Source: an uncultured Patescibacteria group bacterium (lineage in GTDB: Bacteria; Patescibacteriota; Microgenomatia; UBA1400; PJMF01). Taken from it: 64,000 nucleotides of DNA. This document shows, one piece after another, positions 56,552 to 64,000 of this stretch. The notes beneath the pieces are model-generated. The model made no database searches, was not told where the DNA came from, and worked only from the letters and a program-made list of their open reading frames with translations. Location of the stretch: positions 245,892 to 309,891 of the forward strand of contig CAJQIG010000001.1 of the NCBI GenBank assembly GCA_905478415.1. The letters are read 5' to 3'. A program made the translations under genes and the position numbers. Each line of letters opens with the position of its first letter. The first letter of the stretch is position 1.

Positions 56552-57075
56552 ACGACCTTTCTCACATGTACTTTAAAATACTTTTTTATATCTCTTATTT
56601 TTGGTTTTTCAAAAATAAACCATAACATCATAAACATGCCAATAAAATTAGCAATAACTCCTAAGATAAGTAACTCTTCTTGATACTCTGTTAGAAATAC
56701 TGCAGCAGCAGAAAGCCCAAGTATAGGTAAAACATCAACAACATGATGTGCGCAGCAAGCAACCATGGCCATTCCAGATACTGCAGTACCAGTCCCAACT
56801 GCTAAGTTAGCATCACTTTTATCTCTCAAACTAAAAAAAACACCATTTTTCATCAGCCAATACAAACCCATTTGTATGGAAAAACCTAATAGCAACAGAC
56901 CCATCCATGGCTGAGAAAGCACAAACTGTTGAAATGGATGAGATACGTCTTTAGTAACTAGAAACAATAATAGATAATAGAAACTACTCAGTGAAACAAG
57001 GCCAATAAAGAATCCTTTAAAAAAAATAGTTATATTTTTGTCTCTAAGTAAACTTTTTTTAAACATAGAACCCAT
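56548..57075 (-). CDS. Four-TM membrane protein with an intramembrane ACCAHH motif
   Basis: MAMVACCAHHVVDVLPILGL within TM3. Start overlaps the upstream stop. Confidence 0.45.
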   Translation of the reverse strand: MGSMFKKSLLRDKNITIFFKGFFIGLVSLSSFYYLLLFLVTKDVSHPFQQFVLSQPWMGLLLLGFSIQMGLYWLMKNGVFFSLRDKSDANLAVGTGTAVSGMAMVACCAHHVVDVLPILGLSAAAVFLTEYQEELLILGVIANFIGMFMMLWFIFEKPKIRDIKKYFKVHVRKVV

Positions 57076-57243
57076 TTAACAACAGCCCTTGGGAGCTTGT
57101 TCGCTCTTCTTTGCTTTCTCATTTTCTGCTTTACCAATTTTCCAAAACAATCTTTTAATAAAATTCTTTGGTTGAGTACTCTCATTTTCTTCACTGGTAG
57201 TTTCTAAAACGTTCATCTTTGGCTTACCACAACAATCACTCAT
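57076..57243 (-). CDS. Unannotated small protein (55 aa) with N-terminal and C-terminal vicinal Cys pairs (MSDCCGKP...KGCC); candidate thiophilic-metal or sulfur carrier
   Basis: Perfect SD TAAGGAGG 4 nt upstream of the ATG at 57243. Stop abuts the next ATG. Below the 60-aa ORF-track cut-off. Hydrophilic body with a Cys doublet at each end. Confidence 0.55.
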   Translation of the reverse strand: MSDCCGKPKMNVLETTSEENESTQPKNFIKRLFWKIGKAENEKAKKSEQAPKGCC

Positions 57244-57252
57244 AAAGCCTCC

Positions 57253-58023
57253 TTACTCTTTTATTACATTTGCAGTAATGACTGCTTCTAATTCTTTATA
57301 GTCATCTCTATCTGTTTCAATATAAATGGTTCTAGAGAGCTCACCTAAGTCAGTATCGTCTTTATGTACCGCCGGATCAAAACTCACGCTTACTGTAGTA
57401 CTTTCATAAGGGCCAAGCTCTTCATTTTCAACAGTTGCCTTAGTACAGCCACATGAAGTTGATACTCTGGTTATTTTTATAGGTAATGGCATATAATTAG
57501 TAAACGTAAACTCTGTAGTTGCTACATCACCATAAACAACTGTCCCCAATGCTCTTTTTTCAGGTAATAGACTCACTGAAACTTGTTGTTCTTTATATGC
57601 ATTCGTTCCACCATCCAAATCGTAAACGCTTTCATATCCTAGTTCGCTCAACTCTTTTGAAGCTCTTGCACTCATACTGCCAGACCTACAATAGACTGCA
57701 ATAGGTGTAGACTTATCCTCAGGCAATTGCTCTAAATACTGAGGAATTTGATCAAACGGAATCAAAGCATCTGTTCCAGGAATATGAGTCTGCTCGGGTG
57801 TGTGAACGTCTACAACAAAGACAGTATCATCTGCAATTAGTTGATTAAATTCTTCTGAGTTAACCAATATAACACCACTTTCATTTTCTACTATCTCTTG
57901 TGAAGAAATAAACGATGTTACATATGACTGCAATTGATTTCTAAATGTAAACCAAACGGTCACAATCAATAATAAAAAAAGACCAATTAACAAACTTTTA
58001 ACATTAATAGTATTATTTTTCAT
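57253..58023 (-). CDS. Membrane-anchored rhodanese (sulfurtransferase) domain fused to a DUF1573 beta-sandwich domain
   Basis: Rhodanese active-site loop VYCRSGSMSARA. C-terminal DUF1573-like TFTNYMPLPIKITRVSTSCGCTKA. N-terminal TM. Confidence 0.7.
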   Translation of the reverse strand: MKNNTINVKSLLIGLFLLLIVTVWFTFRNQLQSYVTSFISSQEIVENESGVILVNSEEFNQLIADDTVFVVDVHTPEQTHIPGTDALIPFDQIPQYLEQLPEDKSTPIAVYCRSGSMSARASKELSELGYESVYDLDGGTNAYKEQQVSVSLLPEKRALGTVVYGDVATTEFTFTNYMPLPIKITRVSTSCGCTKATVENEELGPYESTTVSVSFDPAVHKDDTDLGELSRTIYIETDRDDYKELEAVITANVIKE

Positions 58024-58025
58024 AG

Positions 58026-58517
58026 CTACTTCCTTACTTCACCAAACATTTTGAATGATAATTTTGGATTTGATGCATCATTTGTATCAACAGTTATCTC
58101 TCTGTTAATTGAACCAACTCCACTTGGACCATGAAATAATGGGTCAAAAACAGCCTTAATAATAACAGACTCACCTGGTTGTACTTCATAAACGTACTTT
58201 GATTTAGAATGCATACCGAATTCCGGTGATTCTTTTTCTCCAGAAACAAATCTGGCATTCGTACAACTACATGAAGTTATTAAATTATAAAACTGTAATA
58301 CATCAGAACCCTCATTAATAACCTCATACTCTGCAGTTATTTTTCCATCATTAATTCCAACTTCACCAAAATCATGAAGTGCATTCTGGACAGATGCTTT
58401 TGCATTTGAAGTTGCAACTACCTGCACTTGAGAATCATCAGATAGCGCAAATACAGCTCCCCCAAAAAGTATTACCGTAATAGCAATAATAGAAATTACC
58501 ACAATATTATTTTTCAT
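58026..58517 (-). CDS. DUF1573-domain protein (membrane-anchored), paralogue 1
   Basis: FYNLITSCSCTNARF...VFDPLFHGPS motif set shared with 57253 (C-terminal half) and 60675. Confidence 0.6.
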   Translation of the reverse strand: MKNNIVVISIIAITVILFGGAVFALSDDSQVQVVATSNAKASVQNALHDFGEVGINDGKITAEYEVINEGSDVLQFYNLITSCSCTNARFVSGEKESPEFGMHSKSKYVYEVQPGESVIIKAVFDPLFHGPSGVGSINREITVDTNDASNPKLSFKMFGEVRK

Positions 58518-58573
58518 ACACTTCCTTTATTACTCATCTTTATATGTTGATTATATTCAATTTTTCGAATATA

Positions 58574-58610
58574 TTACACTTAACTTACAATCATAATAAC
58601 CTAAGTTACA
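58574..58610. promoter_or_regulatory. Phased TTACA direct repeats (offsets 0, 11 and 32 bp) in the divergent promoter region; candidate OmpR-family response-regulator binding sites
   Basis: TTACA at 58574, 58585 and 58606 lies between the minus-strand array and the plus-strand two-component operon. Confidence 0.35.
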
Positions 58611-58620
58611 TGAAAAGAAG

Positions 58621-59301
58621 ATGAAAATACTATTAGTAGAAGATGACAAGACTCTTTCAAGTACAATTAAAGAAACTTTAGAAAGTCAAACATTTGCTGT
58701 TGATTTGGTTTCAACAATAGATGCTGCACAATTTCAAATAGAAGAGTTCACCAAAGAGTATGATTGTATCGTTCTAGATATCAATCTCCCTGATGGTAAT
58801 GGCTTTGACCTATGTAAAGACATTCGTAATAAAAAAATCACGACACCTATCATCATGATGACAGCCAGGGATACTCTTGAAGAAAAAATTAAAGGACTCA
58901 ACATCGGAGCTGATGATTACATCACTAAACCATTCTCAATTCAGGAATTAATTGCCAGAATAAAATCAATTATAAGAAGAAGTAGTAAAGAACCTTTGCC
59001 AATAATTACAGTCGGAAGACTAGAGGTTAATCCACAGACGATGAGAGTCTTAAATAATAAAAAACCAATCAATTTATCCTCTAGAGAATTTTCAGTTTTA
59101 GAAATCTTAGCAAGACATAGTGATGAAGTTGTTACCAGAAGTATGTTAATGGAACATGTCTGGGGAAGTGACTTTGAATCATTCTCAAACGTAATAGATG
59201 TCTATATAAAAAACCTAAGAAAAAAAATCGATGCTGGTCAACAAAATAAGTTACTACACACAATCAGAGGTAGCGGATATAGCTTATCTAATAAAAGATG
59301 A
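58621..59301 (+). CDS. OmpR-family response regulator (receiver plus winged-helix)
   Basis: Receiver motifs LVEDD, VLDINLPDG, MMTARD. C-terminal wHTH RLEVNPQT...SREFSVLEIL...VYIKNLRKKID. Confidence 0.85.
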   Translation: MKILLVEDDKTLSSTIKETLESQTFAVDLVSTIDAAQFQIEEFTKEYDCIVLDINLPDGNGFDLCKDIRNKKITTPIIMMTARDTLEEKIKGLNIGADDYITKPFSIQELIARIKSIIRRSSKEPLPIITVGRLEVNPQTMRVLNNKKPINLSSREFSVLEILARHSDEVVTRSMLMEHVWGSDFESFSNVIDVYIKNLRKKIDAGQQNKLLHTIRGSGYSLSNKR

Positions 59302-60650
59302 TATTTTTTAAAACACTCCGCGGGAAACTAACCATTATATTTTTTGTTTCAACAGTTACTATTACTATTCTAACTTTTTTTCTATTAATCTTTACTACTC
59401 AAAAACTAATTTTTGATCAAGTAAATCATCATCTACATATTGTCATAAACGAAGCTAAGAAAATTGTTGAAGAAAATCATGAAGTTGATAATATCGAACC
59501 ACTAAAAAACTTGGTAAGTGCTCAAGGCATGACTGTTATTTTATTATCAAGTGATGGATCTCCAATCCTACAAACAAATAGTTTTGATGTGGCAGACGTA
59601 ACAGAACATCAAATGCAACAAATTGTATTCTCAAGTACCAATAAAGAAGAACCACAACACTTTAGTGTTAATCAAATGCAGTTTGCTACTGTTCCCGTAA
59701 GTATATACGGTTATCAAGATGGAATATTAGCAGTTGGATTCTCTACAAAGATTATTAACAACACAATAAAAGAAATAACTACTATTATTATTTTTGTACT
59801 TCTACTAAGTATTACTGTCGTCAGTATAGTATGGCAAACAATCATTAAACATTATCTTTTACCTTTAGAAAAGATTTCTCAGTCTGCTTTACAAATTAAA
59901 AAATCATCTGACCTAAATAAAAAAGTTAAAACAAATACCACTACAATTGAACTCAAAAACATCACAGCATCTTTTAATAATTTACTAGAGAAATTAAAAC
60001 AAGTTTTTGAAGAGGAACATCTATTTTTTTCTGATACTGCGCATAGCTTAAAAACACCTCTAGCCGTTATTAGATCATACATTGAAACACTACCCAGACA
60101 ACAAAACAAAAAGAAAAATGAAATTCTAAATTATATAGATTCCTTAAATGAAACAATTCAAGACTTATTAATTATTTCTAAAATTAACACTAGTTATCCG
60201 AAAAACAGTAAGCAAATTAATTTTTCAGAAATAGTTAGTACGATTGCTGAACTAACTCAGACAATAGGGTTAGAAAAAAATATTACGGTTAATCAAGTTA
60301 TTGAAAAAAATATTTTTATTAATGCAGATGAACAGCTGTTAACCAAAGCTATATTAAATGTAATAAAAAATGCTGTTGATCATGAAAGTCAGAATGGCAC
60401 AATTACAATCAGTTTGAATAAAAAAAATAATATTTCGGAGCTTTTAATTAAAGACACTGGTGTAGGGATTAGTAGCAAAGATCTCAAAAGTATCTTTAAT
60501 AGATTTTACCAAAGTAAAAATTCTCAATCAAAAAAGGGTAATGGACTTGGCCTCTCTATATCCAAAGCTATTATTGAAAGATTTGAAGGAAAAATAACTA
60601 TTTCATCTAAAATTAAAAAGGGGACTTCAGTTTTCATCTTCTTTTCATAA
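59298..60650 (+). CDS. Sensor histidine kinase (two TM helices, HAMP-like, HisKA, HATPase)
   Basis: H-box FFSDTAHSLKTPLAVI. N box and G boxes NAVDHES, IKDTGVGIS, GNGLGLSI. Confidence 0.85.
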   Translation: MIFFKTLRGKLTIIFFVSTVTITILTFFLLIFTTQKLIFDQVNHHLHIVINEAKKIVEENHEVDNIEPLKNLVSAQGMTVILLSSDGSPILQTNSFDVADVTEHQMQQIVFSSTNKEEPQHFSVNQMQFATVPVSIYGYQDGILAVGFSTKIINNTIKEITTIIIFVLLLSITVVSIVWQTIIKHYLLPLEKISQSALQIKKSSDLNKKVKTNTTTIELKNITASFNNLLEKLKQVFEEEHLFFSDTAHSLKTPLAVIRSYIETLPRQQNKKKNEILNYIDSLNETIQDLLIISKINTSYPKNSKQINFSEIVSTIAELTQTIGLEKNITVNQVIEKNIFINADEQLLTKAILNVIKNAVDHESQNGTITISLNKKNNISELLIKDTGVGISSKDLKSIFNRFYQSKNSQSKKGNGLGLSISKAIIERFEGKITISSKIKKGTSVFIFFS

Positions 60651-60674
60651 TAGCCTAAGTATACTCACGGCTAT

Positions 60675-61184
60675 ATGCAAGATATTTTAAAAAAACACAA
60701 GTTCTCAATTATAGCAATTTTTCTAACTTTTTCTGTCCTGGTGATGATATTTGCATTCCTTAAAAATAATTTTGGAATTAGAGCTAATGGAAGCTTAAGT
60801 GATAATCAAACATTACAGGATTTGGGAGAAATTCCCATGTCTGAGGGAATTAAAAAAGTTACCTATTCTTACACAAATTATTCTGAAGAAACCTTTCAAT
60901 TAAATAACTTGTACACAACTTGTATGTGTACAAAAGCTAAAATTTCAATTAACGGTACTCAATCTTCTTTTGCAGGTATGAAGGGTCATAGCGCTGGACT
61001 GAAACCAATTAACCCAAATATGACTCTTAAACCTGGGGAAACTGTCACTGTCTTTGCAGAGTTCGATCCAAATGCACATGGACCAGAAGCAACTGGACCA
61101 ATTACAAGATCAATACTTCTAGATACCAATAGTAATGAATTACCACAAATTGAATTTAAATTTTCAGGAGTAGTTACAAAGTAA
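60675..61184 (+). CDS. DUF1573-domain protein (membrane-anchored), paralogue 2
   Basis: LNNLYTTCMCTKAKIS...EFDPNAHGPE motifs. Confidence 0.6.
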   Translation: MQDILKKHKFSIIAIFLTFSVLVMIFAFLKNNFGIRANGSLSDNQTLQDLGEIPMSEGIKKVTYSYTNYSEETFQLNNLYTTCMCTKAKISINGTQSSFAGMKGHSAGLKPINPNMTLKPGETVTVFAEFDPNAHGPEATGPITRSILLDTNSNELPQIEFKFSGVVTK

Positions 61185-61204
61185 TAAAAGTAATAAAGGG
61201 AAAA

Positions 61205-62140
61205 ATGGTAAGTGATAAAAAACTTTCAAAAATAATCATAGGTTCAGCTTTAATAGTTGTAGCTATTATTGCAATCAACCAAATAGTATTAGTTGATCTG
61301 AATATAGAACCAAGATATAAATTTTACAAGAAAGGTGAAGCGATATCTGTTGTCGAGTCCGGAAGTGAAAAAGTAAATATTGATGCACTTCACGCACAAG
61401 TTGTACCAGCACAAGGAGTAACTCTTCCAATTGAATGGGGTGATTTGGGCAAAAAAATGGTAGATGACGGGGTAATTGATGAAACTAAATTTAGACAATT
61501 ATTTCAAAATGGTTTAAGTAATCAAGAAGAAGAAATACTATCAGGCTGGTGGACAGAACCAATTGTTTTAGACCAAGAAAATAGTAGGTTTTTACTTGAT
61601 GTCCTCTGGGCATTTGGACTAGCAAATAAAAATGAGATTTTAACGAATGGTGAAATGACTGATCCTCAGTATGGAGGCGAAGCAGGTAATTTTGCGGCTA
61701 CTGGTGGTTGGAGCCTATCAACTGGAAAGCCAATGGATCACTACAGTATGCATTCATATGTAACTTTAAATAAAGAACAACAAGATCGTGTTGATTCAGT
61801 ATCTAGAGGAATCTACAGACCATGTTGCGGAAATTCAACACATTTTCCAGACTGTAACCATGGAATGGCAATGCTAGGATTGTTACAATTAATGGCAGCA
61901 AACAACGCTACAGAAAAAGAAATGTATGAAGTTGCTCTCAGAGTAAACTCGTACTGGTTCCCACAAACATATGTTGACCTTGCAACATACTTTAAAGAAC
62001 AAGGAACTGAGTGGAAGGATGTGGATCCGCAACTAGTTCTAGGTAAAGAATATTCAAGTTCAGCAGGATATGCTCAAACTAGATCTCAAATTAAATCTAT
62101 TCCACAAGAAGTAAATGGAGGTGGTGGCTGTGGAGCATAA
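61205..62140 (+). CDS. Hypothetical membrane-anchored protein (311 aa) with a Gly-rich C-terminal tail ending in GGGGCGA
   Basis: N-terminal TM (IIIGSALIVVAIIAI). Conserved-looking CCGNSTHFPDCNHGMAML cysteine cluster. Confidence 0.45.
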   Translation: MVSDKKLSKIIIGSALIVVAIIAINQIVLVDLNIEPRYKFYKKGEAISVVESGSEKVNIDALHAQVVPAQGVTLPIEWGDLGKKMVDDGVIDETKFRQLFQNGLSNQEEEILSGWWTEPIVLDQENSRFLLDVLWAFGLANKNEILTNGEMTDPQYGGEAGNFAATGGWSLSTGKPMDHYSMHSYVTLNKEQQDRVDSVSRGIYRPCCGNSTHFPDCNHGMAMLGLLQLMAANNATEKEMYEVALRVNSYWFPQTYVDLATYFKEQGTEWKDVDPQLVLGKEYSSSAGYAQTRSQIKSIPQEVNGGGGCGA

Positions 62141-62170
62141 ATAGGTTAAAAATCGCTGAGCGTAATAGTA

Positions 62171-62205
62171 AAAAAACCCCTTGTTTCTAAATAAGGGGTT
62201 TTTTA
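62171..62205. terminator. Bidirectional Rho-independent terminator (A-tract, CCCCTT...AAGGGG stem, T-tract) between convergent genes
   Basis: AAAAAACCCCTTGTTTCTAAATAAGGGGTTTTTTATTTT. The stem overlaps the last codons of the minus-strand gene. Confidence 0.7.
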
Positions 62206-63032
62206 TTTTGCAAAACTTTATACAACAATAATCCCGTCACTGTTCCTGTGATTGTATAGAGACCGGCCAACAGTCTAAACCTTTTTTTTGCATCCACTTG
62301 GGTCTGATCGTCTAAGTGATGTGTGCCTTCATCACTGTGCTGTGCTTGTCTAATAGTTTTCAGTCGACCAAGTGTGGTTTTTGTTGTCGCAGCTGCACTG
62401 ACTCCATCAATAACCGCTTGACCACTTACCCCTCGAACTTTCGGAGCAGGTAGAAATCGCGTAATTGAAGTCGCAAAACGTCCGCCGCGAGTTCCTAAAA
62501 ACTCAAATGCATTCGTACCACTTTCTGGAACAACTACTCCTTGGGACTCTGCCCAAGCTCTCACCAAACTACTCAGTGGATTCGTTAAAGCGGTAAGCGT
62601 GGCAGTTAATAACCACAACTTATCTCCTTGTTCAGCTGCCCGATACATAGCTAACCAAGCTAAAAAAGCTTCTTGTACCCTGTCAGAAAGCGAATCCACC
62701 CACTGTCCAACTCTTGAATCATGAGAAGTATCTCCGTTTTCCCTTTGATATCGAGCTAAAGCCCCATCCAAAGCATCAGTACCCGAGAGTGCAAAAAATG
62801 CTCCAACCAGTGAAAGTGCTGACTTAAAGTCGATGGCACCATCTTTTTCTTGTTGAGATGTATACAGTACTAATGCTCCCACACCAGCTGTTCCTAAGAA
62901 AGTAATCTCATTCGGTGTAAGCCAAGGAAATGCTTTTGAGAGTAACTCAACGATTTTTGTCGTTGGCTTTGCTATCATTTCTCTAACCGCTGAGTTTCGT
63001 GGAGTTTGGATTTCAGTTTCTGGTTTCGCCAT
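62187..63032 (-). CDS. CDP-alcohol phosphatidyltransferase family protein (PgsA-like)
   Basis: D-G-x2-A-R...G-x3-D-x3-D motif: SGTDALDGALARYQRENG...GQWVDSLSDRVQE. Higher GC content than the island. Confidence 0.7.
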   Translation of the reverse strand: MAKPETEIQTPRNSAVREMIAKPTTKIVELLSKAFPWLTPNEITFLGTAGVGALVLYTSQQEKDGAIDFKSALSLVGAFFALSGTDALDGALARYQRENGDTSHDSRVGQWVDSLSDRVQEAFLAWLAMYRAAEQGDKLWLLTATLTALTNPLSSLVRAWAESQGVVVPESGTNAFEFLGTRGGRFATSITRFLPAPKVRGVSGQAVIDGVSAAATTKTTLGRLKTIRQAQHSDEGTHHLDDQTQVDAKKRFRLLAGLYTITGTVTGLLLYKVLQNKKPLI

Positions 63033-63277
63033 AAGAGGACTGATTATACCAAGATGCCGTTAAAAAGAAACACTACTGAAATTTCACTACATGCCAAATG
63101 ATACCAATAAAAAAAGATCGATGCATACCCATTAATCCTATAATATTTACAAAAGGCCTTACATAAGCTATAATGAAGGGTGGCTATGTATATACCTGGG
63201 TACGCACTACCCTCTGTATAAAGATAGTACTTCTTTAATAACGTTTTTTCTCACCTACTATCCCACTGGAGGATCCC

Positions 63278-63874
63278 TTGAGAACTTTTATTCTTAGTGT
63301 TATATTATTTGGAACATTCTTGGGTCTGGTAGGTTGTACTCCTCCCCAAGAGCCAGAAGAGCAAGTGCAGGAAGCCCAGGTGGCAGAAATACAAGAAGTC
63401 ACCTATACCCTAAACATGCTCCTCTCATATCATAAGAGGACCTACTACCTACAGCCTGACGACACGCTTTTGACTGTTGCCAATATGATTGCAGAGCATA
63501 CGAGATATGATGAATCAGTAGCTGCTGAAGCTCTGATTCAGTTGAACCCGGGAAACATTGCTTATAATAGCAATGGGTTGGCAAATTTTGCCAACAACAC
63601 TGTTCTTGACCCTATCTGGATTCCGGAAGCTCCCGGGATCCCTAGCAATAGAGAGCTGGGGATTCAAAATCCCCAAGAAATCCCCATGTTTCATAAAGTT
63701 CAGAGTGGTGACACTCTGTATGCTTTGGCTCAACAGTATGGTTTCATTACATACCAAGAGTTTGCAGCAAAAACTGGTATCACTAACCCTGATACATTTA
63801 TCTTGCAACCTGACCAGGTCCTGCATTGGACCATTCAGGAACCAGCAAAGCTCATTGAGTCATCAACAAATTGA
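63278..63874 (+). CDS. LysM-domain lipoprotein
   Basis: Lipobox LVGC after the signal peptide. LysM motifs YYLQPDDTLLTVANMI and HKVQSGDTLYALAQQYG. Confidence 0.7.
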   Translation: MRTFILSVILFGTFLGLVGCTPPQEPEEQVQEAQVAEIQEVTYTLNMLLSYHKRTYYLQPDDTLLTVANMIAEHTRYDESVAAEALIQLNPGNIAYNSNGLANFANNTVLDPIWIPEAPGIPSNRELGIQNPQEIPMFHKVQSGDTLYALAQQYGFITYQEFAAKTGITNPDTFILQPDQVLHWTIQEPAKLIESSTN

Positions 63875-64000
63875 AAAATTGTAGAGAAAAAAATCGTTTG
63901 AAAAAAGACCGTCAGCAATGATGGTCTTTTTCTATAGGTAAACTATTTAAAATAAAATAACCCCACATCATTAAAACTAATGTGTACAACAAAAGGCTAC

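Noticed and set aside
1-64000. CRISPR arrays, rRNA genes, IS elements or transposases
   Set aside because: No regularly spaced short repeats, no rRNA-like segments, and no DDE or HUH transposase motifs were recognised. The only recombinase seen is the serine integrase at 9482-11047.

Overview
This window is an AT-rich accessory tract of about 52 kb that sits between a tRNA-Glu(CUC) gene at 9456-9527 and a compositional shift to GC-richer, core-like genes near 62.2 kb. Upstream of the tRNA are core-like genes: a partial sppA, a roughly 2100-aa beta-helix surface protein, an MFS transporter and two tandem msrB genes.

A roughly 28.5-kb integrative conjugative element (ICE) candidate follows, bounded by a 23-bp imperfect direct repeat of the tRNA 3' end (9511-9533 and 38029-38051). 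It encodes:
- a large serine recombinase whose 3' end overlaps the tRNA;
- a VirD4-like coupling ATPase and a Replic_Relax-type protein;
- a Gram-positive-style minimal type IV secretion (T4SS) set: two VirB2-like pilins (one fused to a VirB6-like polytopic domain), a VirB3-like protein, a VirB4 split into two overlapping ORFs, and an M23 peptidase;
- metal-resistance cargo: cadC/cadA, a second ArsR plus P1B ATPase pair, a multicopper oxidase, DUF302, DsbA-like proteins and SufS;
- a distal candidate defence module: a 1402-aa NACHT/STAND-like NTPase with an N-terminal nuclease-like domain, an XRE-type helix-turn-helix (HTH) protein, a PLD-family nuclease and a membrane alpha/beta hydrolase, the last two carrying a duplicated 60-bp upstream element.

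Beyond the right-hand repeat lie smaller islets with degenerate tRNA-like repeats: a lone 427-aa gene, an AAC(6')-like GNAT gene, and a nucleotide-related cluster (two NDT/SLOG-like proteins, one fused to an HTH, plus Nudix and a PRTase).

A roughly 13-kb co-directional minus-strand array follows, covering copper and thiol handling: a second multicopper oxidase, a CopB-type ATPase, a Met-rich protein, DUF302, YHS, DUF3105, CcdA, DsbA, a BlaI/BlaR1-like pair, several membrane proteins with vicinal Cys-Cys pairs, an unannotated 55-aa CC...CC peptide, and rhodanese-DUF1573. It is divergent from an OmpR-type two-component system.

No CRISPR arrays, rRNA genes or recognisable transposases were seen.
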